From Gemmatimonadota bacterium (GTDB taxonomy: Bacteria > Gemmatimonadota > Gemmatimonadetes > Palauibacterales > Palauibacteraceae): DNA of 64,000 bases. This document shows positions 38,615-48,877 of the stretch, piece by piece; positions within the stretch are counted from its first letter, which is position 1, and each line of letters opens with the position of its first letter. The notes beneath the pieces are model-generated. The model saw only the letters and a program-made list of their open reading frames with translations. It was not told where the DNA came from and ran no database searches. A program made the position numbers and the translations under genes. The DNA lies in assembly GCA_029262175.1 (NCBI GenBank), contig JAJCZV010000072.1:75459-139458 (forward strand), given 5' to 3'.

Positions 38615-39382
38615 CTAGCGACCCGAATTACAGATCGCCGCCCAGCTCTCGACTTCCAGGCTGGCACCACCCACGAGGACGCCGTCGACCCCCGGGCTAC
38701 CGAGGAGATCCGAGATGTTGCCGGGTTTGACGCTTCCGCCGTAGAGGATGATCGCCTGCTCCGCGCCGACCGGATCCAGCGCGTCACCTACCTTTTCTCT
38801 GACGAGGGCATGCGCCCCTGCGGCATCTTCAGGCGTGGCCGTGCGGCCCGTCCCGATCGCCCACACGGGCTCGTATGCGTAGACGATGGATCGCCGCTGT
38901 TCTACAGAGAGCGGGTGCAGCGCTTCGGAGATCTGCCGGCTCAGCACGGCGTCGAGTTGTCCGGCCTCGCGCTCTTCCAGGGTTTCGCCGACGCAAAGAA
39001 CGGCCTGAAGACCGGCGGCCAAGAGTCGCATCAACTTGTGCGCGACCAGGGCGTCGTCATCCCCGAACTCACGTCGGCGCTCGGAATGACCCGCCAGCCC
39101 CCACCCGGCCCCGGTCTCGGGAATCATGGAGGCGGAAATCGCCCCCGTATGGGCCCCTTCGACCTCGGAATGAACATCCTGGACCCCGAACTCCAGATCG
39201 GGTCGTCCCTTGGCCTCGAGGGCGAACGCGCTCAAGCTGACGGCGGGCGGGAAGAAGACGACGGTCGCGTCCTCGCGCGGGGCGTACGACCCCTGGAACG
39301 CCGTCAAGAAACTGCGTGTCTCCACTGGCCCTTTGTACATCTTCCAGTTCGCTGCAAACACCGGCGCTTGGGGCACGTTCAA
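38615..39382 (-). CDS. tpiA: Triosephosphate isomerase
   Basis: ANWKM, GHSERR, AYEPVWAIGTG, YGGSV, LVGGASL. Confidence 0.97.
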   Translation of the reverse strand: MNVPQAPVFAANWKMYKGPVETRSFLTAFQGSYAPREDATVVFFPPAVSLSAFALEAKGRPDLEFGVQDVHSEVEGAHTGAISASMIPETGAGWGLAGHSERRREFGDDDALVAHKLMRLLAAGLQAVLCVGETLEEREAGQLDAVLSRQISEALHPLSVEQRRSIVYAYEPVWAIGTGRTATPEDAAGAHALVREKVGDALDPVGAEQAIILYGGSVKPGNISDLLGSPGVDGVLVGGASLEVESWAAICNSGR

Positions 39383-39392
39383 ACGGTCCTCC

Positions 39393-40601
39393 CTATTTCG
39401 GTGGCTCGGGGGATTCGGACCTCAGCGCTTCGATCCCCGGGAGCTGACCGCTCGACAGGAACTCGAGGGCCGCGCCTCCCCCAGTAGAAACGTGAGAGAC
39501 CGCATCCATCAGGCCAGCGGCGCGGACCGCCGCGGCCGAGTCCCCCCCACCGATCACCGTAAAGGTCCCGCGATCTGTGGCCTTCGCGGCCGCACGGGCA
39601 AGCGCGAACGTGCCCTGGGCAAAGCGCTCATCCTCGAACAGCCCCATAGGACCGTTCCAAAAGAAAGCTCCGCAGCCTTCCATCTCCTCCGCGTACCTAG
39701 CCTGCGTTTCCGGCCCGATGTCGACGGCCGCCGCGTCGTCGGGGATCGCATCGACACCGACGGTCCAAACCCGTGACGCCGGATCACCGATATCCGTGGT
39801 CACCACGAGGTCGATCGGCAACCGCACGCGATCCCCCGCCCGATCCAAGATCGATGAGGCCAAATCCAGTGCCTCCTCCTCCACCAAGGATCGGCCGGTC
39901 GAAAACCCCTGTGCGCGAAGGAACGTGTTGGCCATCGCCCCGCCGACCAGCATGCAGTCCGCCGCGCCGAGAAACGCGTTCATCAGATCGATCTTGTCGC
40001 TGATTTTTGCGCCTCCGAACCCGACCACGAACGGGCGAGGAGGATCCTTCAGCGTGCTGAGCGCCTCCAGCTCTCGCTCCACGAGTAGGCCCATGACGCA
40101 GGGCTCTATGAACTTCGTCACGCCGGCAGTCGAGGCGTGAGCCCGGTGTAACGTTCCAAAAGCGTCGCTTACGTAGAAGTCACCGAGCGCCCCGAAACGC
40201 TCGGCCAGCCCTGGGTCGTTGGCGGTCTCCCCAGCCAAGAACCTCGTGTTTTGGAGCAGCAGCACGCTTCCCATCGGCAACTCGTGGCTGGCGAGCCGGG
40301 CCTCCTCACCGTCGCACGGATCCACGAAACGAACTTCTGCTTGGAGGAGCTCCGACAGAACCGACGCGACCGGTTCCAACGAGAAGACCGGATTCGGTTC
40401 GCCGCCGGGACGTCCCAGGTGCGAAAGGAGGACTGGGCGACACTCGTGCTCCAACAACCAGCGGAGCGTGGGCAAAGACGCTTCGATCCGCGTGGCGTCC
40501 GCGACCTCCGAGCCCGCCAACGGGACGTTGAAGTCCACGCGCACGAGTGCGCGCCTCCCGGCCAGCGCGTCGGCCGGAAGGTCGCGCAGGGTGCGAATCA
40601 T
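39393..40601 (-). CDS. pgk: Phosphoglycerate kinase
   Basis: RVDFNVP, SHLGRP, HRAHAS, WNGPMG, STGGGA. Confidence 0.97.
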   Translation of the reverse strand: MIRTLRDLPADALAGRRALVRVDFNVPLAGSEVADATRIEASLPTLRWLLEHECRPVLLSHLGRPGGEPNPVFSLEPVASVLSELLQAEVRFVDPCDGEEARLASHELPMGSVLLLQNTRFLAGETANDPGLAERFGALGDFYVSDAFGTLHRAHASTAGVTKFIEPCVMGLLVERELEALSTLKDPPRPFVVGFGGAKISDKIDLMNAFLGAADCMLVGGAMANTFLRAQGFSTGRSLVEEEALDLASSILDRAGDRVRLPIDLVVTTDIGDPASRVWTVGVDAIPDDAAAVDIGPETQARYAEEMEGCGAFFWNGPMGLFEDERFAQGTFALARAAAKATDRGTFTVIGGGDSAAAVRAAGLMDAVSHVSTGGGAALEFLSSGQLPGIEALRSESPEPPK

Positions 40602-40623
40602 CGCGCTTCTATGTCGGTTCGCG

Positions 40624-41652
40624 TCACGACGTCGAGGTGGCGGGCAGTCGCGCTCCGATGTAACTCGCGAGATCCACGCATCGATTCGAGTAGCCCCACT
40701 CGTTGTCGTACCACGAGATCACTTTGACGAGCGTTCCACCCATCACCGAAGTGGATTGTGCATCGATGATCGAACTCGCCGGGTGCCCGACAAAATCGAC
40801 GGACACGAGGGGGAGCTCGGTGTACTCGAGGATCCCGTCCATGGGCCCGGCGGCCGCCGCGGCAAACGCCGCATTGATCTCCTCGACGCTCGTCTTCTTC
40901 GAAAGGCTGGCAACGAGGTCGACGATGGAAACGTCTGGCGTGGGAACGCGCATCGCCATCCCATCGAGCTTGCCCTGAACCGACGGTAAGACAAGGCCAA
41001 CCGCCTTCGCCGCACCCGTCGTCGTCGGAATAATGGACATCGCGGCCGCTCGGGCCCGGCGCAGATCCTTGTGCTGAAGGTCGAGCAGCCGCTGACCGTT
41101 GGTGTAGCTGTGAACGGTCGTCATCAAGCCGTGCTCAAATCCGAATTGGTCGAGCAGCACCTTGACGACGGGGGCGATGCAATTGGTGGTACAACTCGCG
41201 TTCGAAATGACGTGGTGCGAGTCAGCGTCATAGTCGTCCGAGTTCACACCGAGAACGATCGTGACGTCGGGCTCGGGGGCCGGAGCGCTGATGATGACCT
41301 TCTTGGCCCCCGCCTCCAGATGCTTGCTCGCCTGGTCTCGCGCTCGAAACATCCCCGTCGACTCGATGGCCACGTCAACGCCGAGGTCGGCCCACGGCAA
41401 TGCGGCCGGATCGCGCTCCGAAAGGACCTTGACGCGTTCGTTCCCCGCGACCAGGTCATCTCCTTCGACGCGAACCTCACCCGGGAAGCGTCCGTGCACC
41501 GAATCGTACTTGAATAGATGGGCGAGGGTGGCGGCGTCGCTCAGATCGTTGACCGCGACAAAGTCCAGGTCGCCCCGTGGGTTCTGCAGCGCGGCGCGCA
41601 GAATGTTTCGCCCGATTCGCCCAAATCCGTTGATCGCAACTCTGACGCTCAT
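40624..41652 (-). CDS. gap: Glyceraldehyde-3-phosphate dehydrogenase (type I)
   Basis: [26 protein letters not shown]; start MSVRV at ATG 41652. Confidence 0.97.
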   Translation of the reverse strand: MSVRVAINGFGRIGRNILRAALQNPRGDLDFVAVNDLSDAATLAHLFKYDSVHGRFPGEVRVEGDDLVAGNERVKVLSERDPAALPWADLGVDVAIESTGMFRARDQASKHLEAGAKKVIISAPAPEPDVTIVLGVNSDDYDADSHHVISNASCTTNCIAPVVKVLLDQFGFEHGLMTTVHSYTNGQRLLDLQHKDLRRARAAAMSIIPTTTGAAKAVGLVLPSVQGKLDGMAMRVPTPDVSIVDLVASLSKKTSVEEINAAFAAAAAGPMDGILEYTELPLVSVDFVGHPASSIIDAQSTSVMGGTLVKVISWYDNEWGYSNRCVDLASYIGARLPATSTS

Positions 41653-41660
41653 ATGGCTAC

Positions 41661-42497
41661 CTAACCCCTTGCTTCGGATCTCATTCCGTCGGTTTCCGCC
41701 CGTTCGACATCCAAGGGGCGGAGCGTGCGAGCGAAAGTAACTGCTCCGATGCGAAGGAATCCAGCCTCGGCCAACGCATCCGAACATTCGAGGGCCGTCG
41801 CGCCGGTTGTGAGGACATCGTCGACGATGACGGCGGGGCGATCAGGACGGATCGCGACCTCGGGAGCCCAAAAGCGCCCGCGGACGTTTGCCCGCCGCTT
41901 GTCGGCTCCAACGCCTGCCTGATGCTTCCCCCCCTCGCCTCGGCGGAGCGTCAACGAAAGCTCGCCGAGACCTCGGCCGGCCAGGGCTTCCGCCAGTGCC
42001 TGAGCTTGATTGAACCCTCGCTCCCTGGCACGGGCACGCGAAAGAGGGACCGGAACCAGAAGCGGACACACCGGGTCGGGAGAAAGACGGGACGTGACGG
42101 TCCCAAGCGCGGGCGCCATCGCGTCGGCCATCACCCCGGCCACGGAACGCCACTTGTGATACTTCAGTGCTCGGACCACACGGGCCGCGCCATCGGCGTA
42201 GGCAAAGAGGGCGTCCACGGTTCGCAGCGATGGAGGCCAAGATTCACAGGTGCCGCAGCGCTCGTGCTCTGCGGAGTTCAAGGCTGGCGTCCCCAGCGGC
42301 TCCGCACACCGCTCGCAGCGGGGAAGCGGGAGGCGTGGCAGTCGGGACCTGCACACCGGACACAACGGCGGTGCGGAAACGGAAAGCCCTCGCTGGCACC
42401 CCACGCATGCCGCGGGGACCAGGGCATCGAACCCCTTGGCCGCGCCCCTTAGCCATGATTCCCAGGACCGCCACCTCTGGACGGACAGACCCATCAA
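41661..42497 (-). CDS. comF: ComF family protein (Zn ribbon + PRTase-like)
   Basis: Four CxxC pairs, LKY, VPVPL...[16 protein letters not shown]. Confidence 0.9.
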   Translation of the reverse strand: MMGLSVQRWRSWESWLRGAAKGFDALVPAACVGCQRGLSVSAPPLCPVCRSRLPRLPLPRCERCAEPLGTPALNSAEHERCGTCESWPPSLRTVDALFAYADGAARVVRALKYHKWRSVAGVMADAMAPALGTVTSRLSPDPVCPLLVPVPLSRARARERGFNQAQALAEALAGRGLGELSLTLRRGEGGKHQAGVGADKRRANVRGRFWAPEVAIRPDRPAVIVDDVLTTGATALECSDALAEAGFLRIGAVTFARTLRPLDVERAETDGMRSEARG

Positions 42498-42500
42498 GTT

Positions 42501-43319
42501 CTAGCTCGGTTCGGACGCCCGGCGCCCGAGCGCCAAAAGCGCCGCTTCCCGCATTCGCGCCAAAGGCGGCGTCCGACCGGGAAACCAGCACTCCAGCGAC
42601 AGGGCGGCCTGATGAACCAGCATCGACAAACCATCTCGCGCCGGGATCCCACACGCTTCCGCCCGACGAACCCACGAGGTACGTCCGGGCGCATACACCA
42701 AGTCGAATACCGCAGCGCAGGAGAGGGTCCCGAGGTCGACCGGCAACGGATCGTCCTCTCGAAGTCCGAGCTTCGTCGCGTTTACGACGAGGTCGTACGG
42801 TCCGGTTGCGGGGGCGTCGAGCGGCACCACCCGCGGGCCAAACGCCTGGGCGAGGGCGTGCGCGTGAGTGGAGGTGCGGTTCTGAATGTCCACGCGAGCG
42901 ACGCCGAGTCCGATGAGCCCGTACACTGCAGCCCGTGCGGCGCCGCCAGCCCCGAGTAGGAGGACCCGCGCCCCGCCGAAGTCCAACTCCATGTCTCCCA
43001 GCGCTCGACGGAACCCACCTACATCCGTATTCGCGCCGGTCAGGATTCCCATCTCCCGCCAAAAGCAGTTGCACGCCCCGGTGGCCCGGACCTCCGGCCC
43101 TGCTCCTTGGAGCAACTCGGCCGCCTTGAGCTTGTGCGGCACCGTCACGTTGCCACCGCACAGAGATTCGTCGGCCAGCGCCGACTCCAGACCGTCGACC
43201 GAAACGACCAGCGACTCATAGACGGCGTCGATCCCCCAGGATTCGAAAGCTGCGGTGTGGATCTGCGGGGACACAGAGTGGCACACGGGATCACCCAGCA
43301 GTTGAAACCGCTGCGTCAC
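42501..43319 (-). CDS. aroE: Shikimate dehydrogenase
   Basis: HSVSP, NVTVPHK, NTD, GAGGAARA, NAT, DLVY. Confidence 0.93.
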   Translation of the reverse strand: MTQRFQLLGDPVCHSVSPQIHTAAFESWGIDAVYESLVVSVDGLESALADESLCGGNVTVPHKLKAAELLQGAGPEVRATGACNCFWREMGILTGANTDVGGFRRALGDMELDFGGARVLLLGAGGAARAAVYGLIGLGVARVDIQNRTSTHAHALAQAFGPRVVPLDAPATGPYDLVVNATKLGLREDDPLPVDLGTLSCAAVFDLVYAPGRTSWVRRAEACGIPARDGLSMLVHQAALSLECWFPGRTPPLARMREAALLALGRRASEPS

Positions 43320-43801
43320 TTGGGTTCACTCTCCGACGCTTCAGTCCGGTCGCGAAGGGCATCGAACAGACCGCGAATGGCCAAGGCGAGGACATCGTAG
43401 GTCTGCGCGTACCTAGCCCGATCGCCACCGATGGGATCGGGGATCCCGCGACCGTGCAGCGCATGATTCGGAGGAAGGAAATCGGACATCAGGTGCACCG
43501 GCGTGCTTCCGTTGATCGCCGCCGCCGCTTCGACATGCGCGTGATCCATGCCGATCACGAGGTCGGCCCACTCCGCCAATTCGTGTGTAAGTTCTCGGGA
43601 GGCGTGGCGTTCGAGATTCAGCCCGTGCTCGGACGCGACGGAGATCCCCGGATCGGCCGCAGGTCGGCCGGGGGCCGCGAACGCACCGGCCGATCTGCAG
43701 TCTAACTCCGACTCGCCCCGTGCCGTGGCTTCCGCCCGCGCGATCACCTCGGCGAGTGGACTCCTGCACGTGTTGCCCGTGCATACGAAGAGAAGGTTCA
43801 C
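43316..43801 (-). CDS. Low-molecular-weight phosphatase, YwlE-like (probable protein arginine phosphatase)
   Basis: FVCTGNTCRS P-loop and IPDP; GTG 43801 overlaps the tsaC stop. Confidence 0.85.
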   Translation of the reverse strand: MNLLFVCTGNTCRSPLAEVIARAEATARGESELDCRSAGAFAAPGRPAADPGISVASEHGLNLERHASRELTHELAEWADLVIGMDHAHVEAAAAINGSTPVHLMSDFLPPNHALHGRGIPDPIGGDRARYAQTYDVLALAIRGLFDALRDRTEASESEPK

Positions 43802-44448
43802 AGGACTCGCTCCAGTTCGGGACCAGGGATCGCGCCCTCGCGCAAGACTTCCAGCGTCCCATCGCCGGGACGAACCAGGGTGGACGCAGCGGACGGCGGA
43901 AGATCCCCGACATCGAGCCACCCCACGTCATGCACCGGCCCCTCGAATCCACCCATCGCATGCCACGCTGCTGCGCGCGAACGGGCCGGCTCGGCGCCTG
44001 TCGCGTTCAAACTCGTGGATGTCATGACCCCTCCCGCTCCTTCCAGCAGCGACTGCACGACGGGATGTCCATCTACCCGTACTGCCTGAGTTCTGCCGCC
44101 CGGCCCCGCTAGCACGAGTGTAAGCGGTCCGGGCCAAAACGCATCCGCCAGCCGGGTGGCCGTCTCCGTCCACTCGAGATCCGGGAACTCGCGCGCGATG
44201 GTCTCCACATCCCTCGCGAGCACAATCAACGGCTCGGATCCCCGTCCTTTGTACCGAGCGATTCTCGCGTCGATAAGTGGCGCGGGGCGACCGCCGATTC
44301 CATACACCGTCGAGGTCGGGTGCGCTATGATCCATCCGGCGGTCAGCGACCTGACGGCATCGTCGAGGGCCGCGGTCCCCACCGACGACGCGGAGCCTGC
44401 ACGGTACGCTCTAGACGGATGCCACACGTGCCACCGCACGTCCATCAA
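43798..44448 (-). CDS. tsaC: Threonylcarbamoyl-AMP synthase (TsaC/YrdC domain)
   Basis: PTSTVYG, KGR, FWPGPLT, STSLN; start uncertain (possibly GTG 44382). Confidence 0.85.
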   Translation of the reverse strand: MMDVRWHVWHPSRAYRAGSASSVGTAALDDAVRSLTAGWIIAHPTSTVYGIGGRPAPLIDARIARYKGRGSEPLIVLARDVETIAREFPDLEWTETATRLADAFWPGPLTLVLAGPGGRTQAVRVDGHPVVQSLLEGAGGVMTSTSLNATGAEPARSRAAAWHAMGGFEGPVHDVGWLDVGDLPPSAASTLVRPGDGTLEVLREGAIPGPELERVL

Positions 44449-45146
44449 ATCCTCGCCAGAATCAACCCCGCGTCAACCATCCAGCGCGCTCGAGACAAGT
44501 CTTCGTTCGTCGTGATCTTGAAGTTGTTCGCGTCACCGGGCACGGTCGCCACGGACAACCCGCACCGCTCGCAGGCGACGGCATCGTCGGTCACCGTCGC
44601 ATCGTCCTCGAGACTCGAATGCGCGCGCAGCAAATCCTGGAGGGGAAACCCCTGCGGCGTCTGCGCCGCGAACAACGTCTCGCGCGGCGGGCTCTCGAGT
44701 ACCCTTCCCCCAGAGTCCACGACTTTCACGGTATCCGACAGTGGGAGCACCGGGATGACCGGTCCGGTCGCCGCTTGGACGACTCGTGAGATGAGTCCTT
44801 CGGTAACAAACGGCCGCGCCCCGTCGTGCACCAAGACCGTCTGGCACGAGCCATCTACCAGTGAGAGACCTGCGCGGACCGAGGCCGCTCGCGTGTCGCC
44901 TCCGGCCGCGACCTCCACCTCGGCCGGAAGCCAGGCGGGGGGAGACGCTGCGTATTCGGGGGCGAGCACGACGACGACGACATCGATATCGGTGTGAGTG
45001 AGGAACGTCCTCAAAGACCAACTCAACACGGGACGTCCGCCAAGATCCAGGTACTGCTTGGGCACTTCGTCTTGGAGCCGCTCCCCTTTTCCAGCCGCCA
45101 CGATGATGGCAGCCGTCGGACCCACACCGCGGGTGGGAATGGACAA
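44445..45146 (-). CDS. ispD: 2-C-methyl-D-erythritol 4-phosphate cytidylyltransferase
   Basis: AAGKGER...PKQY, HDGARP, QTPQ, TDD, NFKIT. Confidence 0.94.
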   Translation of the reverse strand: MSIPTRGVGPTAAIIVAAGKGERLQDEVPKQYLDLGGRPVLSWSLRTFLTHTDIDVVVVVLAPEYAASPPAWLPAEVEVAAGGDTRAASVRAGLSLVDGSCQTVLVHDGARPFVTEGLISRVVQAATGPVIPVLPLSDTVKVVDSGGRVLESPPRETLFAAQTPQGFPLQDLLRAHSSLEDDATVTDDAVACERCGLSVATVPGDANNFKITTNEDLSRARWMVDAGLILARI

Positions 45147-45150
45147 GGCG

Positions 45151-46560
45151 CTAGTCGGGCGGCGGGCGTTTGCTCACCGACTCGAAGGCAGTGAACGCTT
45201 TGTGAAAATATAGATCGACGCTACCCGTCGGTCCGTTTCTTTGCTTGCCGACGATCAGCTCCGCCTTGCCCGCCAAGTTCTTCTCCTCGATCTCCTGAGG
45301 GGTTCGGTGCATCTCCTCGCGGAAGATGAACATCACGACGTCGGCGTCCTGCTCGATCGCGCCAGACTCTCGAAGATCGGACAGTCGCGGACGGTTCCCC
45401 TCACGTTGCTCGGCCGCACGTGAAAGCTGTGAAAGCGCCAGCACCGGCACACCGACCTCTTTCGCGATCGCCTTCAGACCTCTCGATATCGAACTGATCT
45501 CTTGCTGTCGGTTCTCGACCCCTTTGGGACCGGACATCAGCTGTAGATAGTCGAGTACCACCAAACCCACGCCGACCTCCGCATGTAGCCGCCGCACTTT
45601 CGCGCGAAGTTCGATGACGGAAATCGCTGGTGTGTCGTCGATCCAAATCGGGGCCGTATTCAGCAACCCGGCCCCGCGAGCGAGGTTCGTATAGTCATCA
45701 TTGGAGAGCCGCCCCGTACGTACTCGAGTCGAGTCGACCTTGGACTCTGCGCACAACATCCGCTGGACGAGCGCCTCGCGTGACATCTCGAGCGAGAACA
45801 GCGCGACCGGCACTTCTTCGGCGATCGCGGCCTGCTGCGCGATGTTCAGCGCCAGCGCGGTCTTGCCCATCGATGGACGGGCCGCCAACACGATGAGATC
45901 GGCCGGTTGAAAACCCGCGGTCATCTTGTCCAGGTCGGCGAAGCCCGAGGCGACACCGGTGATGGCGCCCGGGTTTCGCGTGAGCTCGTCGATGCGATCC
46001 ATCGTCGAACGAAGGACCTCTTTGATCCGAACAAACCCACCACGCTCTTCGGCCTCCGCGATCTCGAAGATGCGTTGCTCTGCCCGATCCAGCGTTTCAT
46101 CGACCGTGCCGCCCGACGCCTCGTATGCGTCCTGAATGATCTGAGTCGCACCGTCGATCAAACCGCGAAGAACGCCCTTGTCGCGGAGGATGCGGCAGTG
46201 GTACGTGACGTTGGCTGCGGTCGGCACCGCATCCACGAGTTGGGCCAGGAAGCTCATCCCTCCAACCGCATCGAGCTCACCGGACGTTTTCAACTCGTCG
46301 GACAGCGTGACCGCGTCAATGACATCGCCGCGCGCGTAGAGGCGCAACATGGCCCGAAACGTCCGCCGGTTCCCCTCGCGATAGAAGGCGGTGTCATCGA
46401 CCAACTCCACAGCGATCGCGACCGCGTCACCATCGATCAGCATCGCGCCCAGCACCGACAATTCAGCCTCTTCGGACCAAGGCGGTTGTCGACCTCGAAA
46501 GGCGTCAACCCCCGCGGCGGAGGGTTCGACGAACTGGCCCACGGCGAGTTCCTTAGCCAT
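45151..46560 (-). CDS. dnaB: Replicative DNA helicase
   Basis: AARPSMGKT, SLEM, DYLQL, SQLSR, LRESGAIEQDAD, KQRNG; no intein. Confidence 0.97.
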   Translation of the reverse strand: MAKELAVGQFVEPSAAGVDAFRGRQPPWSEEAELSVLGAMLIDGDAVAIAVELVDDTAFYREGNRRTFRAMLRLYARGDVIDAVTLSDELKTSGELDAVGGMSFLAQLVDAVPTAANVTYHCRILRDKGVLRGLIDGATQIIQDAYEASGGTVDETLDRAEQRIFEIAEAEERGGFVRIKEVLRSTMDRIDELTRNPGAITGVASGFADLDKMTAGFQPADLIVLAARPSMGKTALALNIAQQAAIAEEVPVALFSLEMSREALVQRMLCAESKVDSTRVRTGRLSNDDYTNLARGAGLLNTAPIWIDDTPAISVIELRAKVRRLHAEVGVGLVVLDYLQLMSGPKGVENRQQEISSISRGLKAIAKEVGVPVLALSQLSRAAEQREGNRPRLSDLRESGAIEQDADVVMFIFREEMHRTPQEIEEKNLAGKAELIVGKQRNGPTGSVDLYFHKAFTAFESVSKRPPPD

Positions 46561-47368
46561 TGGGGTCGTCACCGTCTAGCAATCGACGCACCAGTTGAAG
46601 GTCTTCCCAGGTCGGCCGGGTCCAGCCGGGATTCCTGAGCAACGCGGCGGGGTGGTAGGTGACCACGACGGGATAGCCCGCGTACTCGTGCAGCTGGCCT
46701 CGCATGCGACCGAGGGCCGACGTCGTCTCCAATAGGGCGCGCGACGCAAACGCTCCGAACGCGATGATGACTTCGGGTTGAATCAAGGCGAGTTGTCGAA
46801 GCAGGTACGGGGAACACGCTGCCACCTCTCCGGGGAGTGGATCGCGATTATTCGGAGGGCGTGACTTGAGCACGTTGCAGATGTAGACGGACTCGCGCGC
46901 GAGACCGATGGTGCGGAGAAGCCGGTCGAGGAGTTGCCCGGCCCGCCCCACGAACGGACGGCCCGTCTCGTCCTCGCGTGCTCCGGGCGCTTCACCCACG
47001 CATACGACCCGGGCGTTGGCCGCACCCTCGCCAAACACCGCTTGCTTGCGTGTACTGTGGAGTTCGCAGCGCGAGCACCGAGATACGAGTTCGGCCAGGG
47101 CCGACAAGTCACCCGCGCCAGCGATGTCCGCATCCTCGATGGTCACGCCCGTCGCTGTCGGAGCCACCGCAACTGCCACGGGTCGCCCCACGGCCGCGAC
47201 ACCGTGGTGACTCGGAGCGGCCGGCGCGGCGTCGCGGGACGCGCGCAACGACGTCAGCAGGCTCTGCCGCGTCTCACGCTCGAGTACGAGCGCGTCGCCT
47301 TCGGCCCCCAGCGTCTGAGTCAGGAGCCGTCTGGCCAAGCGGACCGGATCGTTCGTCGACTCGTTCAC
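46553..47368 (-). CDS. udg: Family 4 uracil-DNA glycosylase
   Basis: CSRC, GEAPG..E, PFVGRAG, HPAALLR; GTG 47368 overlaps the coaBC stop. Confidence 0.92.
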   Translation of the reverse strand: MNESTNDPVRLARRLLTQTLGAEGDALVLERETRQSLLTSLRASRDAAPAAPSHHGVAAVGRPVAVAVAPTATGVTIEDADIAGAGDLSALAELVSRCSRCELHSTRKQAVFGEGAANARVVCVGEAPGAREDETGRPFVGRAGQLLDRLLRTIGLARESVYICNVLKSRPPNNRDPLPGEVAACSPYLLRQLALIQPEVIIAFGAFASRALLETTSALGRMRGQLHEYAGYPVVVTYHPAALLRNPGWTRPTWEDLQLVRRLLDGDDPNG

Positions 47369-48561
47369 GTTCCGATCGAAGATTCGATGCGGTCCAGCAA
47401 ACGGTCCGCCAGTTCGGTTTTGTGGGCGAGCGAGAACTCTTCCACGGCCCCCGTCTCGTCGATAAGCGAGATTCGATTCGTCTCGACCTCCAACCCGGCC
47501 TCGGCCTCGTTCGCCATGTTGACTGCGATCAACTGCATTCCCTTCCGGGCAAGTTTCTCGCGCCCGTGGTCCAGTGCGTTTTCTGTCTCGAGCGCGAAGC
47601 CGAGCGTAAAGATCCCTCTCTGCCTTCGGAGCTCCCGCGTCTCGCCCAGGAGGTCCGGCCCGTTTCGAAGCGCGAGTTCCAGCCCGGACGCTCCATCCTT
47701 CTTGATTTTCGACGTCTGCGGGTCCGTCTCGAAGTCGCCGACGGCCGCCGCCATTAAGAGGATGTGAGCGTCGCTCAACTCCGTTTCCAGCGCCTCGAGC
47801 ATCTCCCGTGCGGTCTCCACCTCGACGAGCCGGGGTCCGATAGGACGCGGGGTGGATCCTGGGCCGCTGATCAACGTAACCTCGCCGCCCCGGCGCCAGG
47901 CGGCCGCCGCCAGAGCATAGCCCATCCGACCCGACGACCGATTGGACAGGAACCGAATCGGATCGAGGGGAGCGCGCGTCGGACCCGCCGTAGCGACGAT
48001 CTTCAAGCCTCCGAACCGCGCGTTCGGTTCGATCACGCGACCCATCGCGGCCATGATGGCCTCGGGCTCTGACAACCGCCCCGGCCCGGTCTCGCCCTCG
48101 GCGAGAGGCCCAGAGTCCGGACCGACCACGGTATGACCGAACTCGACCAGGCGGGCCACGTTTCTTTGAGTTGCGGGGTGCTCCCACATGCGAGTGTTCA
48201 TCGCCGGGCACACGACCACGGGACACGACGCCGCCAGCAGCGTTGCGGTCGCGAGATCTTTCGCTCCCCCGGCGGCCATCTCCGAGATCAGATTGGCCGT
48301 GGCTGGGGCGACCACGATGGCGTCCGCCGCCTTACCCAGTTCCAGGTGGGCCATCGGCGTATCCCAGAGATTGCGGTGCACGGGGCGGCCGGTGATTCCT
48401 TCGAAGGTGACCGCCCCGATAAACCTTTCGGCCGATTCCGTCAGAATCACGTCGGCAGAGGCACCTGCTTCCAAGAGTCGGCGGCAGAGGAAGGCGCTTT
48501 TGTACGCCGCGATGCCGCCGGATACCACGAGCAGGACGCGCCGACCATCAAAGGGTCGCAC
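47365..48561 (-). CDS. coaBC: Bifunctional phosphopantothenoylcysteine decarboxylase/ligase
   Basis: GGIAAYK, APATAN, PAMN, TAGPT...DPIRF.SNRSSGRMG, GFALE. Confidence 0.95.
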   Translation of the reverse strand: MRPFDGRRVLLVVSGGIAAYKSAFLCRRLLEAGASADVILTESAERFIGAVTFEGITGRPVHRNLWDTPMAHLELGKAADAIVVAPATANLISEMAAGGAKDLATATLLAASCPVVVCPAMNTRMWEHPATQRNVARLVEFGHTVVGPDSGPLAEGETGPGRLSEPEAIMAAMGRVIEPNARFGGLKIVATAGPTRAPLDPIRFLSNRSSGRMGYALAAAAWRRGGEVTLISGPGSTPRPIGPRLVEVETAREMLEALETELSDAHILLMAAAVGDFETDPQTSKIKKDGASGLELALRNGPDLLGETRELRRQRGIFTLGFALETENALDHGREKLARKGMQLIAVNMANEAEAGLEVETNRISLIDETGAVEEFSLAHKTELADRLLDRIESSIGT

Positions 48562-48575
48562 GTTCCCGCTCTACG

Positions 48576-48797
48576 CTACGCGCCGGAGGTCGGCTTCGTG
48601 CGCACCAACCGATACTGCAGTTTGTGATCCTCAGACGTCAGCGCCTCGAGAGCGAGCGTCGTCAGCTTGACCGCGCCGTAGGGCGAACGCTCAAGCGGGA
48701 GCGCGTTCAGCTCTCTCGCATACTTCGCCGCGACCAGGACGCCGAGGTACTTGTTCCCGGCTGCCTTGGCGACAGCATCAGGTGTGAAGACCTTCAT
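48576..48797 (-). CDS. rpoZ: RNA polymerase omega subunit
   Basis: NKYLGVLVAAKYAREL...KLTTLALE; canonical gmk-rpoZ-coaBC position. Confidence 0.85.
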   Translation of the reverse strand: MKVFTPDAVAKAAGNKYLGVLVAAKYARELNALPLERSPYGAVKLTTLALEALTSEDHKLQYRLVRTKPTSGA

Positions 48798-48877
48798 GTG
48801 ACCTCTCTCTATGATCCGGGCTCTCGTGTGGCCGAGCGCCAGTTGTACAAAGCCGGGAGGGGAATCTACCACATCGA

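Noticed and set aside
45151-46560. Intein in DnaB
   Set aside because: Normal length with contiguous motifs
46553-48226. Apparent long N-terminal extensions or fusions in the ORF track (udg 557 aa, nuoF 554 aa, fabD 430 aa, plsC 355 aa)
   Set aside because: Extensions overlap upstream genes in another frame; the better starts overlap or closely follow the upstream stop codons
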